Positions 50,070 to 61,446 of a stretch of DNA of 64,000 nucleotides are shown here, one piece after another. The DNA is taken from NCBI GenBank assembly GCA_963736115.1, contig CAVTNR010000002.1, forward strand, positions 96,001 to 160,000. Reading direction: 5' to 3'. This stretch comes from an uncultured bacterium. GTDB lineage: Bacteria > Zhuqueibacterota > QNDG01 > DTFT01. The notes beneath the pieces are model-generated. The model had not been told where the DNA came from. It made no database searches and saw only the letters and a program-made list of their open reading frames with translations. Each line of letters opens with the position of its first letter. Position 1 is the stretch's first letter. The position numbers and the translations under genes are program-made.

Positions 50070-51176
50070 ATGTCATCGTTTCCGGAACAAAAACTGCGCG
50101 TGGGACTGCTCGGGGCCACGGGCACCGTGGGCCAGCGATTCGCCCTTCTGCTGGAAAGGCACCCCTGGTTCGAAGTCGTCCGCCTGGCCGCTTCGGAGCG
50201 GTCGTCGGGCAGACCCTATGCCGAAGCCGTGGCCGGCCGCTGGTCCCAGACCGCGCCGGTTCCGGCAGCTCTCCGGGACCTCCGCGTGTGTGAAGTGGAA
50301 AAGGACATGCGGGAACTCGCGGATTCCGTGGATCTGGTTTTCTCCGCAATGAGCCTTGATAAGGAGCGCATCCGTAAAATCGAGACGGATTACGCGGCCG
50401 CGGGCGTTGCGGTCGTGTCGAACAATTCCGCGCATCGGCTTACGGAAGACGTGCCCATGCTCATGCCCGAGGTCAATCCGGACCATATCGGCTTGGTGGA
50501 CATTCAGCGCCGGAATCGGGGATGGACCACGGGACTGATCGCGGTCAAGCCCAACTGCTCCATTCAGTCCTACGTGCCGGTGCTGGAGGCCTGGAAATCA
50601 TTCGGACCCGAGCGCGTCGTGGTCTCCACGTACCAGGCCATATCCGGCGCGGGAAAAACCTTCGAGACCTGGCCGGAGATGCGGGACAACGTCATTCCCT
50701 TCATTCCCGGCGAGGAGAAGAAATCCGAAGAAGAACCGCTGAAAATATGGGGGACGCTCAAGGCCGGGAAGCTCGTCCACGCCGATAAGCCCGTGATCTC
50801 CGCGACCTGCATACGGGTGCCGGTCACCGACGGCCACATGGCGTCCATCGCCGTGGCCTTCGGCCTCGGCCGCAAACCGAAGCGGGAAGATATGATCGAA
50901 GCCATCCGGTCTTTCCGCGATCCGCTCCTGCCGCTCGGGCTTCCCTCTTCTCCGAAGAAGTTCCTGACCTGGTTCGACGGGGACGACCGTCCCCAGACCC
51001 GGCTGGACCGGGACCTGGAAAACGGCATGGGCATTTCAGCGGGCAGACTGAGGGATGATTCGGTTCTGGACTGGAAGGTCGTCGCGCTGTCTCACAACAC
51101 GCTGCGAGGCGCGGCCGGCGGCGCGGTGCTCATCGCGGAATTGCTGGTGAAAAAGGGGCTTATCAAACCGCGGTAA
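50070..51176 (+). CDS. asd: aspartate-semialdehyde dehydrogenase
   Basis: GATGTVGQRF, PEVNPDH, KPNCS, YQAISGAG, CIRVPVTDGH, SHNTLRGAAGG. Confidence 0.95.
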   Translation: MSSFPEQKLRVGLLGATGTVGQRFALLLERHPWFEVVRLAASERSSGRPYAEAVAGRWSQTAPVPAALRDLRVCEVEKDMRELADSVDLVFSAMSLDKERIRKIETDYAAAGVAVVSNNSAHRLTEDVPMLMPEVNPDHIGLVDIQRRNRGWTTGLIAVKPNCSIQSYVPVLEAWKSFGPERVVVSTYQAISGAGKTFETWPEMRDNVIPFIPGEEKKSEEEPLKIWGTLKAGKLVHADKPVISATCIRVPVTDGHMASIAVAFGLGRKPKREDMIEAIRSFRDPLLPLGLPSSPKKFLTWFDGDDRPQTRLDRDLENGMGISAGRLRDDSVLDWKVVALSHNTLRGAAGGAVLIAELLVKKGLIKPR

Positions 51177-51211
51177 CAGGGAAACGCATTCCGCAGGGTT
51201 CTCGAAAATAT

Positions 51212-51254
51212 ACGGCTTCAGGAGGCGGTTCGCCTGCTGAAGCCGTTCTTTATT
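51212..51254. terminator. terminator between convergent asd and nitronate monooxygenase genes
   Basis: ACGGCTTCAG.AGGCG-GTT-CGCCT.CTGAAGCCGT followed by TCTTTATT. Confidence 0.7.
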
Positions 51255-51286
51255 CCGCGGAAATGGAAATCAGCCGGCTATACGGG

Positions 51287-52423
51287 CTAAGCGGCCTCGG
51301 CCTGCGGACTTCGGACGGATTGAACCGCTTCCGCATATTCCTTTTTCAGGGAGTCGAAGACCTCTTTCACGGTCGAGATGCGGTCCGCCCGATAGGCATT
51401 GGCGCCTGCGAACACAAATCCCTCGTTCAGGCGGCCCACCCGCGCGTTGGTCAGGGCGAGCGCGATGCAGTAGGGCGCGTTCACGAAATCGCATGTCTTC
51501 AGGCATTTCCAGGGGCACTTGAAAGGCTTCCTCACCCCTGCGGTCACATCCTCCAGAAACGGATTTCGGATGGCCCGTCCGGGCAGTCCAACCGGGCTGT
51601 CGATGAGAACCAGGTCCTCCCTGGCCGCGTTCACATACGCGGCCTTGAACGCGGAGTCCGCGTCGCATTCGGCCGTGGGCACGAAGCGGCTGGCCATCTG
51701 CACGCCCGCGGCGCCGAGGTTCAGAAACCGGAGTATGTCGGCGCCGGTGTAAATCCCTCCGGCCGCGATGACCGGAATAGCCTTTCCGGACGATTGCCTT
51801 GCCGGTTCCACGGCCTGTATCACTTCGGGGATAAGGCGCTCCAGGGCGAAGGCCGGGTCCGCGATCTGCTCCCTCTTGAATCCGAGATGACCTCCGGCCA
51901 GCGGTCCTTCCACGACGAACGCGTCCGGCGTGCAGCCGTATTTTTCCCACGATTTCAGAATGAGCGCCGCGGCCCGGCCGGATGAGACGATGGGCGCCAG
52001 CCGGGTGGCCCCGGCACGGATCCTTTCGGGCGTGAGCAGGGACGGAACCTTGAGCGGAAGCCCGGCGCCGAGCAGGAGCAGGTCCGCGCCTTCATCAACG
52101 GCCGCGACGAGCAATTCATCGAAATCGGAAAGTGCCACCATGATGTTGACGCCGATGAGGCCGGTCGAGAGGGCCCGCGCCTTTCGGATCTCCTTCCGGA
52201 GCGCCCGCGCGTTCGCCTCCTTGAAATTCGTGTTGAAATCCGGTTCGAGCATGCCCAGGCCGACCGCCGCGATCACGCCGATGCCGCCCTGGTTCGCCAC
52301 GGCCGAGGCCAGGCCCGAGACGGAAATGCCGACGCCCATTCCGCCCTGAATGACGGGCAGAGGCGATTCCAGGCCGCTGATGTTCAGGCCCGGCATCCGC
52401 GTTGTTTGTGAGTCCGTTTGCAT
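51287..52423 (-). CDS. nitronate monooxygenase / FabK-like FMN oxidoreductase
   Basis: PVIQGGMGVG, VEGPLAGGHLG, PVIAAGGI, GVQMASRF, SPVGLPGR, CxxxCxxxC...YCI. Confidence 0.9.
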   Translation of the reverse strand: MQTDSQTTRMPGLNISGLESPLPVIQGGMGVGISVSGLASAVANQGGIGVIAAVGLGMLEPDFNTNFKEANARALRKEIRKARALSTGLIGVNIMVALSDFDELLVAAVDEGADLLLLGAGLPLKVPSLLTPERIRAGATRLAPIVSSGRAAALILKSWEKYGCTPDAFVVEGPLAGGHLGFKREQIADPAFALERLIPEVIQAVEPARQSSGKAIPVIAAGGIYTGADILRFLNLGAAGVQMASRFVPTAECDADSAFKAAYVNAAREDLVLIDSPVGLPGRAIRNPFLEDVTAGVRKPFKCPWKCLKTCDFVNAPYCIALALTNARVGRLNEGFVFAGANAYRADRISTVKEVFDSLKKEYAEAVQSVRSPQAEAA

Positions 52424-52542
52424 CGGTTTTTTCCCTTTATTCTGAGTGTTTTCCGGCGTATTTTAGGGGTGTCGGAATCAGGCCGGCCGGGCCGGGTTTT
52501 CCGGTCATCTCGTTCAGTTTAATGAATTTCCACCGGATCGTT

Positions 52543-52560
52543 TGTAAAAGTACTGTAAAA
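52543..52560. promoter_or_regulatory. OmpR/PhoB-type tandem box
   Basis: TGTAAAA-GTAC-TGTAAAA, a perfect heptamer direct repeat with 11-bp period in the divergent gap upstream of the two-component genes. Confidence 0.55.
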
Positions 52561-52574
52561 CCGACGGACATCCC

Positions 52575-53609
52575 TTGCGAAAACGCCAATCCCTCCGGTA
52601 TCTCGTCATCTTCGTCCTGGCGCAGATGGCATGGCTGACCCTGCTGGGCCTGTGGATTTACCGGTATCTGACCGTTTATTACGCGGAAACGGGAAACGCT
52701 CTGCCCCACCCCCTGCTGTCTCCCCGAGCCAACGTGACGGCGCTTGTGGGCGGTCTGATCCTCCTCGTCGCCGTGTCGGTGGGCATGTCGCTTTTGTTCG
52801 CCCGGCTGAACAGCCAGCTGAAAACCACCCGAATGTACGACAATTTCATCGCGAATGTGACCCACGAGTTGAAATCGCCCCTGGCGTCCATCCAGCTGGT
52901 CCTGGAAACGCTGAGCGAAAGGGAGGTCTCCGGTGCCCAGCGACGTAAATTCCTGGCGTTGATGATGCGGGACGCCGGACGCCTGAACAACCTGATCAAT
53001 TCCATACTGAAGATCGCCGGGCTCGGCCAGAAGAACGTCGCCCACTATTTCGAAATCCTGTCCGCGGATCCGGTCGTGCGCGGCCTGTTGCGGGAGTCCG
53101 CCGACCAGTTCAAGCTCCCGCGGAGAGCTGTCCGGATCGAGGGCCGAGCGGCCTGCCGCATCGTCGTTGACCGCAACGCCCTGAAAATCGTATTCAACAA
53201 CTTCATCGACAACGCGATCAAATACTCGACCGGCAGGCCCCGCATCGAAGTCCAATACCACTGCAACCGGCAAAACCTGTCTGTGGCCTTCACGGACCAC
53301 GGCATCGGAATCGCCGCCAAGGACCAGAAGCGGGTTTTCGACAAGTTCCTCCGGCTGTCGGGTCCGGACATTCCGAATGTCCGGGGAACGGGACTGGGCC
53401 TGTACTGGGTGAGGGAAATCATGCGGATTCACGGCGGAAAGGTGTCCGTTTCGAGCCGGGGAATACGGAAGGGATCGACGTTCACCGTCGAAATACCCGT
53501 ATACCGCACGTCCGAGAGGCGGCTCGCCCGTCGGTTGATGAAAATGACGCGGGCCGGCAGTACACGGGGGAAAACCGGAGAGGAAGTGCGCCATGCGGAC
53601 GAAGGCTAG
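52575..53609 (+). CDS. sensor histidine kinase (2 TM, HisKA + HATPase)
   Basis: NVTHELKSPL H-box, NFIDNAIKYS, DHGIGI, GTGLGL. Confidence 0.9.
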   Translation: MRKRQSLRYLVIFVLAQMAWLTLLGLWIYRYLTVYYAETGNALPHPLLSPRANVTALVGGLILLVAVSVGMSLLFARLNSQLKTTRMYDNFIANVTHELKSPLASIQLVLETLSEREVSGAQRRKFLALMMRDAGRLNNLINSILKIAGLGQKNVAHYFEILSADPVVRGLLRESADQFKLPRRAVRIEGRAACRIVVDRNALKIVFNNFIDNAIKYSTGRPRIEVQYHCNRQNLSVAFTDHGIGIAAKDQKRVFDKFLRLSGPDIPNVRGTGLGLYWVREIMRIHGGKVSVSSRGIRKGSTFTVEIPVYRTSERRLARRLMKMTRAGSTRGKTGEEVRHADEG

Positions 53610-54432
53610 CATTCTGCTCGTGGAGGATGAGGAGTCCCTGTCGATCGGACTCGAATTCAATCTCCGAGAGGAAGGGTATACGGTCACCCGCGCGGCGGAC
53701 GGCCGGCGGGCCCTCGAGTTTTTCGCGGCCCGCGATTTCGACCTGATCGTGCTGGACCTCATGCTGCCGCACATCGACGGATTCGAGGTCGCGACCCGCA
53801 TCCGAGCCCGCTCGCCCCGCGTACCCATCCTGATGCTGACGGCCAGAACCTCGGCCGCTGACCGGATCCGGGGGCTGGAGATCGGCGCGGATGATTACCT
53901 GACCAAACCGTTTCACCGGAAGGAACTGCTCCTGCGGGTGGAGGGCATGCTGAGGCGGAAGGCATGGTACCAGTCATCGGTCGAAGCCTCGCCTGCGACC
54001 CGCATCGGCCGCTGCGAGATCCGATTCGACGAGCTGACCGTACGATCGGCCGGCCGGGTCGTCCGGATGACGCCGCGCGAAGCCATGGTGCTGAAATACC
54101 TCGCCGACCGCGAAGGAAAGGTCGTCACCCGCAGGGAACTGCTGGAGAAAGTCTGGCAGGTTCCCTCGGATGTCGAGACGCGCACCGTCGACGCATTCAT
54201 CGCCCGGCTGAGAAAGATGATCGAGCCGGATCCCGCGCATCCCGTGGTCATCCGGAGCATCCGGAGCGCGGGATATCTCTTCACTGCAAATCCAGAGGGG
54301 CCCGACGGAACCCCCCTGGAACCGGGTGCGAGCCGATCCGGCCGACCGGGCGAAAATGCGGTCCGCGGCCGGAGCCGGAAGAGGAAGACGAGCCCGGCGA
54401 CGAAACGCCCGATCCGCGGAACAACGCGCTGA
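53593..54432 (+). CDS. OmpR family response regulator
   Basis: LLVEDE, LDLMLP, LTAR, GADDYLTKPF; winged helix TRTVDAFIARLRK...IRSAGY. Confidence 0.92.
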   Translation: MRTKASILLVEDEESLSIGLEFNLREEGYTVTRAADGRRALEFFAARDFDLIVLDLMLPHIDGFEVATRIRARSPRVPILMLTARTSAADRIRGLEIGADDYLTKPFHRKELLLRVEGMLRRKAWYQSSVEASPATRIGRCEIRFDELTVRSAGRVVRMTPREAMVLKYLADREGKVVTRRELLEKVWQVPSDVETRTVDAFIARLRKMIEPDPAHPVVIRSIRSAGYLFTANPEGPDGTPLEPGASRSGRPGENAVRGRSRKRKTSPATKRPIRGTTR

Positions 54433-54483
54433 AAAAACCTGTCTTCAATACAGCGCCCACACCGTACTGAAAGGCGAACACGC

Positions 54484-56384
54484 ATGCGCATCCTGAGAAC
54501 AGCGCTCTGGGTTCTCGTCGCGGTCTTCGGCGCCGCATCCTATGCCGTGATCACGCGCCTGGTCCGGCCTTCCGAAACGATCAGCTCGCTCTGGCTCGTT
54601 ACGGCGGGCCTCTGCACGTTTTCACTGGCTTACCGGTTTTACGGCGCCTGGCTGGCTTCCCGTATCTTCGTGCTCGATGACCGGAATGTCACGCCCGCGG
54701 TCCGGATGGCGGACGGTCGGGATTATCACCCGACAAACAAATGGGTCCTGTTCGGCCACCATTTCGCGGCCATCGCCGGGGCCGGGCCGCTGATCGGCCC
54801 GGTGCTCGCCGCGCAGTTCGGCTACCTGCCCGGCGCCCTCTGGATCCTGATCGGCGCGGTGTTCGCCGGAGCCGTCCACGATTTCGTCATCCTGTTCGCT
54901 TCGGTCCGCCGCGACGGGCAATCCCTGGCCGAAATCGCGAAGGAGGAGGTCGGGCCCGGTCGCCGGCGCCGCCGCCTCGGTCGCCATCCTGTTCATCATC
55001 ATCGTGGCGCTGGCCGGTCTCGGCCTCGCGGTGGTGAATGCCCTCAACCACAGCCCGTGGGGAACCTTCACCATCGCCTGCACCATCCCCATCGCCCTGT
55101 TCATGGGCCTGTACCTGTACCGGATCCGGCGCGGCCGCGTCGGTGAAACCACGGTCATCGGCGTGACACTCCTCATCGCGGCCGTTCTCCTAGGCCATGA
55201 AGTGGTCGGCTCGCCCATCGAACACTGGTTCGTTCTCTCCCGGAACTCACTCGTGCTCTCCATGGCCCTGTACGGATTCATCGCGTCGATTCTACCGGTC
55301 TGGTTGCTGCTCTGCCCGCAGGGACTATCTCAGCACCTACATGAAAATCGGAACCATCGCCCTGCTCACGGCCGGAATCCTATTCGTCGCGCCCGACATG
55401 CAGATGCCGGCCCTGACTGTTTTCGCGTCCGGCGAGGGCCCGGTCATCCCAGGCCGGCTCTTTCCGTTCATGTTCATCACCATCGCCTGCGGCGCCATCT
55501 CGGGGTTCCACAGCCTGGTCGCCTCGGGAACCACGCCCAAGATGGTGAGCCGTGAAAGCGAGATCCGGGCGATCGGGTTCGGCGCCATGCTCGTCGAGGG
55601 ATTCGTCTCTCTCATGGCCCTGATTGCGGCGGGCATCCTGATTCCGGGCGATTATTTCGCCATCAATTCGACGCTCGGCCCGGATGCCCTGACGGCGCTG
55701 GGTTTTCCGCCCCAGCGCATCGCCGAACTGTCCCGGATGGTGGGGACGGATGTCATGAACCGTCCCGGCGGCGCCGTTTCTCTGGCGGTCGGCATGGCCT
55801 CGGTGTTCTCGTCCCTGCCGGGCATGCGGAACCTCATGGCCTACTGGTACAATTTCGCGCTCATGTTCGAGGCCCTGTTCATCCTCACGACCGTCGACAC
55901 AGGCACGCGCGTGGCGCGATTCCTCGTCCAGGAGGCCGGCGGCAAGTTGTACAAGCCGCTCGCCCGTCACAGCTGGATGCCGGGCACTCTGCTCACGAGC
56001 TTTCTGGTGGTCGCGGCCTGGGCCGGCCTGATCTGGTCCGGGAGCATTTCCACGATCTGGCCCATGTTCGGCGTGGCCAACCAGCTGCTGGCCGCCCTGG
56101 CCCTGTCCGTCGGCACCACGGTTCTGCTGAAAATGGGCAAGGCCAGGTTCACACCCGTCACTCTGATCCCCATGGTGTTCATGTTCTGCACCACCCTGAC
56201 CGCCGCCTGGCAGCTGGCCGGCCGTTTCACCCGCATGGCCGCGGAACAGCCGTCCGAGGCCCTGACGTACAAGGTGGATCGGGCCCTTATCGTGATCATG
56301 GCCTTTCTCGCGGTGATCATTCTGATCGATTCGATACGGAAGTGGGTGCCGATGTTCCGGGACGCGTTCCGGCGCTCCGGGTGA
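54484..56384 (+). CDS. cstA: carbon starvation protein A (peptide/pyruvate transporter); two apparent frameshifts (~54957, ~55318)
   Basis: DGRDYHPTNKWVLFGHHFAAIAGAGPLIGP, LPVWLLLCP/RDYLSTYMKIG, TIACGAISGFHSL, IWPMFGVANQLLA across three frames. Confidence 0.9.
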
Positions 56385-56450
56385 GAATATACGGCCGCTC
56401 TCCGGCCGGTGCGGTGTCGGGATTACATCGATCACTCCTTCATTGACATA

Positions 56451-56609
56451 ATGACGGACCCCGCGCAAGCAGCAGGGTATCACAAGAAGCTTGGATGATG
56501 GACGCCGCAAGCGGCGGGAAATCAGACCCGTCGGAGCGGCCAGAAGCCCAATCTCCGATCATCCAGAAAAATTGGAACCAGAATGAACAGGCTTCTGGCC
56601 GCCCGATTG
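56451..56609. repeat. palindromic repeat (ATGACGGACCCCGC...CGCCGCAAGCGGCG) followed by 81-bp hairpin module, copy 1
   Basis: 56529-56609 is highly similar to 62788-62868. Confidence 0.8.
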
Positions 56610-56733
56610 ATCCGAAGTCCGTATCTTGAATGACAGACGACTCTCCATCCCCTTCAGCTCGATTTCGCAGGACTCCGGACGCTTCCAACTCAGAGTCGCC
56701 TTTTCTCTACCTAAACAGACAGGGAGGATGACC

Positions 56734-59359
56734 ATGCGAATCCAGCCCCCTTCAGCCGGCTATTCCTTCTTCTTTCATTGACCGCCGCCGGTTCCTGGCT
56801 CCGCGGTCAGGAACCCGACACGCTTCGGCTGGACCGGAAACTGGTGCCGGCGCTGCAGACTGTCCGGCTCCATCTCGACCCGTCGCGGACGGATTACAGC
56901 GGCAGTGTGGAGATGACGCTGGCCATCCACGCCGAAGCCGCCGGCCTTCGCCTGCACGCGAAAGATCTGAAGATCCGCGACCTGCGGCTCAAAGATGCGA
57001 AAGGTGCGATTCCCGTACAGTGGTCGGCGCGGCCGGACGGAATCCTGCAGATCAGTCCGAAACGTCCTCTGTCGGCCGGATTCGGGGAACTCCATATTGA
57101 TTTTAAAGGGAATTACGGAAAAAACGGACTGGGTCTGTACCGCTCCGAATCGGATGGAAAGACGTACCTGGCCACCCAATTTGAACCCTCCTATGCCCGA
57201 ACCGCCTTCCCCTGCTGGGACGAACCGGGATTCAAGAATCCGTTCCGGGTCATCCTGACCGTGCCGTCCGATCTGGCCTGCTTCTCGAACGAACCCGTCG
57301 AAACCGTCACGGCCCGCGGGAAAATGAAAACCATGGTCTTCATGGAATCGAGGCCCCTGCCTGTGTATGCAGTGGCCTTCGCGGTCGGACCCTTCGACTC
57401 TGTTCCGATACCCGGCCTGTCCGTGCCCGGCAACGTCATCGTTCCGGCCGGCCGGTCCTCGTTCGCGGCCGAAGCCGTAAAAAGAACCCCTCCCTTGCTC
57501 GCCGCGCTTGAAAAGTGGTTCGGTCCTTATCCGTACCGGAAACTGGACCTGATCGCCGTACCGGACATGGGCGGAGCCATGGAGAATCCCGGACTGGTCA
57601 CCTTCGACCCCAACACCCTCCTGATGGATCCCGACGGCTCCACTTTCGATCAGCGCATGTCCTCTTCCGATATCATCGCCCATGAGCTGGCGCATATGTG
57701 GTTCGGCGATCTCGTCACCGCGTCCTGGTGGGACGACATCTGGCTGAACGAATCCTTCGCCACCTGGATAGGCCCGGAAGTCACGGACCGGGTTTTTCCC
57801 GAGTTCCGCGAATTCGCATGGACCATCCAGGGCCGGCACCGGGTCATGGGAAGCGATGCGCTCCCGTCCATTGCATCCATCCGCCGGACCGTCCGGGCCG
57901 ACGATAATCCCTGGCAGGTGTTCGATGAATTGTCCTACACCAAGGGCGGTGCGGTGCTGGGCATGGTGGAAAGCTGGGCAGGCCGGGAATACTTCCAGGA
58001 AGGTCTCGCGGATTACCTGCAGTCGCACCGGCACATGAGCGTGGACGCGGCCGCGTTGTGGAAGGCGCTGTCGAGAAGCACGGGCGGGGACGTGGATGCC
58101 ATGGTCGCTTCGTTTATCGAACAGCCCGGACTGCCCCTGGTTCGGGCCGATGTCCTGGCCGACGGCCGCGTGGCCCTCTCACAGACCCGTTTCGTGAATG
58201 CTGGATTCGAAGCGCGGGCACAAACCTGGCGGATTCCGATGACCTGGAAGTGTTCCGACGGACGGAACACCGTTCGGATGAAACGGGTTCTTCAAACTCC
58301 AGCGGACACAGTCGTCGTCGACGGCATTACCGCGCCCGCCTGGATAATTCCGAACGCGGACGAAAGGGGCTATTACCGGTGGATCGTTCCGGACAGCATG
58401 CTGTTCCGGATGGTCCGGGACGCCGGCCAGATCATGAACGTGCGTGAGCGGATCGGATTCCTCGGGAACGCCTCGGGCCTGCTCGATGGCGGATATCTCG
58501 AAGGGGGCGAGTACCTCGAAATCCTGCGGCGTTTCGCTTCGGATCCTGAGCCTGAAGTGCTCCAGGCCGTTCTGGCCGGCCTGAAAAAATCGGGGATCTC
58601 TTCGCGGGGAATCCGTTGAATCCTGATTTCTCAGCTTATGTCCGCCGCGTTTTGACTCCCGTGCTGGGCCGAATCGGTCATCAGAAACAACCGGTCGAGG
58701 ATCCAACCATCGCCCTTCTGCGTTCCGAACTGCTGTCGATTCTGGCCGATTGGGGAATGGACCCGGTCGCGCTCCAACTTTGCGATTCTCTCACCTTCGT
58801 GTACTTGACGAACCCGTCGGACGTGGATCCGGATCTCGCGGACGCCGCGCTCGCGTCATCCGCCCGGGGCGGGGACGAAGCCCTGTTCCGCCGTTACACG
58901 GCCGCTCTCGAATCAGCCGTGTCTCCGGACGTCCGCTCCAGGTTCAAGGCCCTGCTCGGCGCCTTCAGGAACAGGGAAATCCTGTCCCACGCCCTGGATT
59001 ATGGTCTCAACGCATCCGGCGACAACAGGGACGCTTTATGGTGGATCCCTTTTCAGGCGTCCGGATTCATGGAGAACCGTCCCTTCATCCTGGACTGGGT
59101 TCTGGCGAACGCGGACACGATCCGGGCCGATGCCGGCCCCATGATTTTGGATTACCTGATCCCGAGGCTCGTCCAGGTGCGGTCCGACTCGCTTTACAGG
59201 AAAGCCGTTGCCTGGGCCGCGGAGCCGTCCCACAGATCACAGCTCCTCGACGTGAATCTGCGGAAGGAAAGCGACCGGTTGACGACCCGGCTGAGATTGA
59301 TTGAAAGGGAGAGGGCGGCTGTGGAGGCGTATTTGAAGAGAGAATTCGGGGGCAAATAA
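56734..59359 (+). CDS. M1 family zinc aminopeptidase with ERAP1-like C-terminus; apparent frameshifts in C5 (56746-56750) and A6 (58584-58589)
   Basis: TQFEPSYARTAFPCWDEP, GAMEN, HELAH-18-E (WLNES), SYTKG. Adding one base to each run gives a continuous ORF with a signal peptide. Confidence 0.88.
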
Positions 59360-59386
59360 AGAGCGGGTTTTGGTTCTACAGTGAAC

Positions 59387-59484
59387 TCCAGACCCCGGGG
59401 TTCTGGATCCCCGACACAGGACCCCGGGGTCTCGGATTCCGCCCGAATGAATGCGAACGACGTTCAGACCCCGGGGTCTGAACG
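59387..59484. repeat. three GACCCCGGGGT palindromes
   Basis: Located at 59387-59407, 59420-59431 and 59461-59484; the last is a perfect 24-bp palindrome. Confidence 0.7.
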
Positions 59485-60543
59485 AACATCCCATATCCAG
59501 GCGGATCCGACGACATATTCCCCGTCGTAAAAAACCGCCAGCTGACCGGGCGTGACCGCGCGCTGAGGCCGGTCGAATGCCACATCCACTCCCCCGCCGG
59601 ACGCGGGTGAGACCAGGGCCCAGGCCGGCCTGTGGCGGTATCGAATTTTCACCCGCAGTCGGACCGGTTCAGACGGTTCCGGCACGCTGATCCACACCGG
59701 ATCCCTTCCGGTAAAACGGCCCGCAGCCAGCTCCCCCTCCCCTCCCAGGACCACGGTATTCGTCTCCGCATCCAGGCGCACCACATAGGTGCGCTTCCCG
59801 AAGGCAATGCCCAGGCCTTTCCGCTGGCCGATCGTGTATCTGGAAATGCCCCGGTGCCGGCCGACGATCCGGCCGTCCGCGGTCACGAAATCGCCAGCGG
59901 CCGCGATCTTTCCACGCTCCCGTTCGATAAAGGCCGCGACGCCGTCGTCCGGCAAAAAACAGGCCTCGACGCTGTCACGCTTCGATGCGACCGGAAGGCC
60001 TTGGCGCTCCGCCAGTTCCCGTGTTTTCCGCTTGGAGAGACGGCCGATCGGGAACATCGACCGGGAAAGCTGTTCCTGCGACAGCCTGCCGAGAAAATAG
60101 GACTGGTCCTTCCCTTTTTCCAGCCCTCGTTTCAGCCGGAAACGGCCGGATATCGGATCGCGGGACACGGACGCGTAGTGCCCGGTGGCGAGCACCGAGG
60201 CGCCGAGCGAAATCGCCTTATCGAGAAGGGGACCGAACTTGATTCGTGAATTGCATACCGCGCACGGGTTGGGCGTGCGGCCCGCCTCGTATTCGGAAAG
60301 GAAGTACTCGATGACGGCTTCGCGGAAGGGATCCTGCAGGGGGATGACGTAATGGGGAATGCCGAGCCCGGCCGCCACGGCCCGCGCGTCCCGGATGTCC
60401 TCAATCGAACAGCACCGGCTGGGTCCGGTGGACAGCTGAAGTGTGAGCCCGAACACGTCGAAACCCCGCGCCTTGAGCAGCGCGGCCGCGACCGAGGAAT
60501 CCACGCCGCCGCTCATGGCCACGGCGACCCGGCGCTCAGGCAT
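59464..60543 (-). CDS. mnmA: tRNA 2-thiouridine(34) synthase
   Basis: [48 protein letters not shown]. Confidence 0.96.
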   Translation of the reverse strand: MPERRVAVAMSGGVDSSVAAALLKARGFDVFGLTLQLSTGPSRCCSIEDIRDARAVAAGLGIPHYVIPLQDPFREAVIEYFLSEYEAGRTPNPCAVCNSRIKFGPLLDKAISLGASVLATGHYASVSRDPISGRFRLKRGLEKGKDQSYFLGRLSQEQLSRSMFPIGRLSKRKTRELAERQGLPVASKRDSVEACFLPDDGVAAFIERERGKIAAAGDFVTADGRIVGRHRGISRYTIGQRKGLGIAFGKRTYVVRLDAETNTVVLGGEGELAAGRFTGRDPVWISVPEPSEPVRLRVKIRYRHRPAWALVSPASGGGVDVAFDRPQRAVTPGQLAVFYDGEYVVGSAWIWDVRSDPGV

Positions 60544-61446
60544 ACGACAGCATCCGTTCGAGCGCGATCCTGGCCCTGTCCATCAGCGGGACGGGAAGCG
60601 TGATTTCATGCCGCATGTGTTTCAGGCTGTCGCGGACATCCTCGAGCCGGGTCTTTTTCATTGTGAGGCAGGTGCGGACCGGACCGAGCGAGAGGAATTC
60701 CTTGTCCGGATTTTCCTTCTTCATCCGATGGAGAATCCCCTGCTCCGTGCCCACGATGAAACGGCGGGCGTCGGATTCCGCCGCGAATTTCAGCATGCCG
60801 CTCGTGGACAGCACCTCATCCGCCAGGTCGGCCACTTCGGCCCTGCATTCCGGGTGGACCATGAGCACCGCGTCCGGATGCAGGCGCTTCGCCTGCGCCG
60901 CATCCGCGGCCGTGAACTGTTCGTGCACGTAGCAGAACCCCGGCCAGGGGATGATTTTCTTGTCCGTGAAGCGCGCCACCCATGACGCGAGATTGCGGTC
61001 CGGCAGGAAAATGACGGTGTCCGCTTCGAGCCGCTGAACGATGCGCACCGCGTTCGCGGACGTGACGCACACGTCCGATTCGGCCTTGACTTCGGCCGTG
61101 GAATTCACGTACGCGGCGACGACCGCGCCGGGATGGTCCGTCTTCAATTTCCGGAGCCCGGCGAGATCGGCCATTTCGGCCATGGGGCAAGAGGCGTCCA
61201 TCCTCGGCAGAAGGACGGTCTTTTCCGGCGAAAGAATTTAGCCGTCTCGGCCATGAAAGTGACGCCGCAGAACACGATGACCTCCGCGGCCGTGGACGCG
61301 ACCCGGCGCGACAGTTCGAGCGAATCACCGGTGAAATCCGCGGCGTCCTGTACTTCCGGCCGCTGATAGTTGTGCGCGAGGAGCACGGCCCGGCGCTCGT
61401 CCCGGAGGCGCCGGATCTCGGCGGTCAGGTCGGCGGTTTCCGTCAT
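60536..61446 (-). CDS. nadA: quinolinate synthase; apparent frameshift at 61237-61239 (A3 for A4)
   Basis: [25 protein letters not shown] / SCPMA, YVNS, CVTSANA, PDRNL, GFCYVH, HPEC. Confidence 0.92.

Noticed and set aside
54290-54432. Extra domain at the response regulator C-terminus
   Set aside because: Low-complexity Pro/Arg/Gly tail with no recognisable motif; likely disordered or stop-codon drift.
47550-61446. Calling thrA, cstA, the aminopeptidase and nadA pseudogenes or programmed frameshifts
   Set aside because: Motifs are intact, there are no nonsense codons and several breaks are in homopolymers; sequencing error is more parsimonious.
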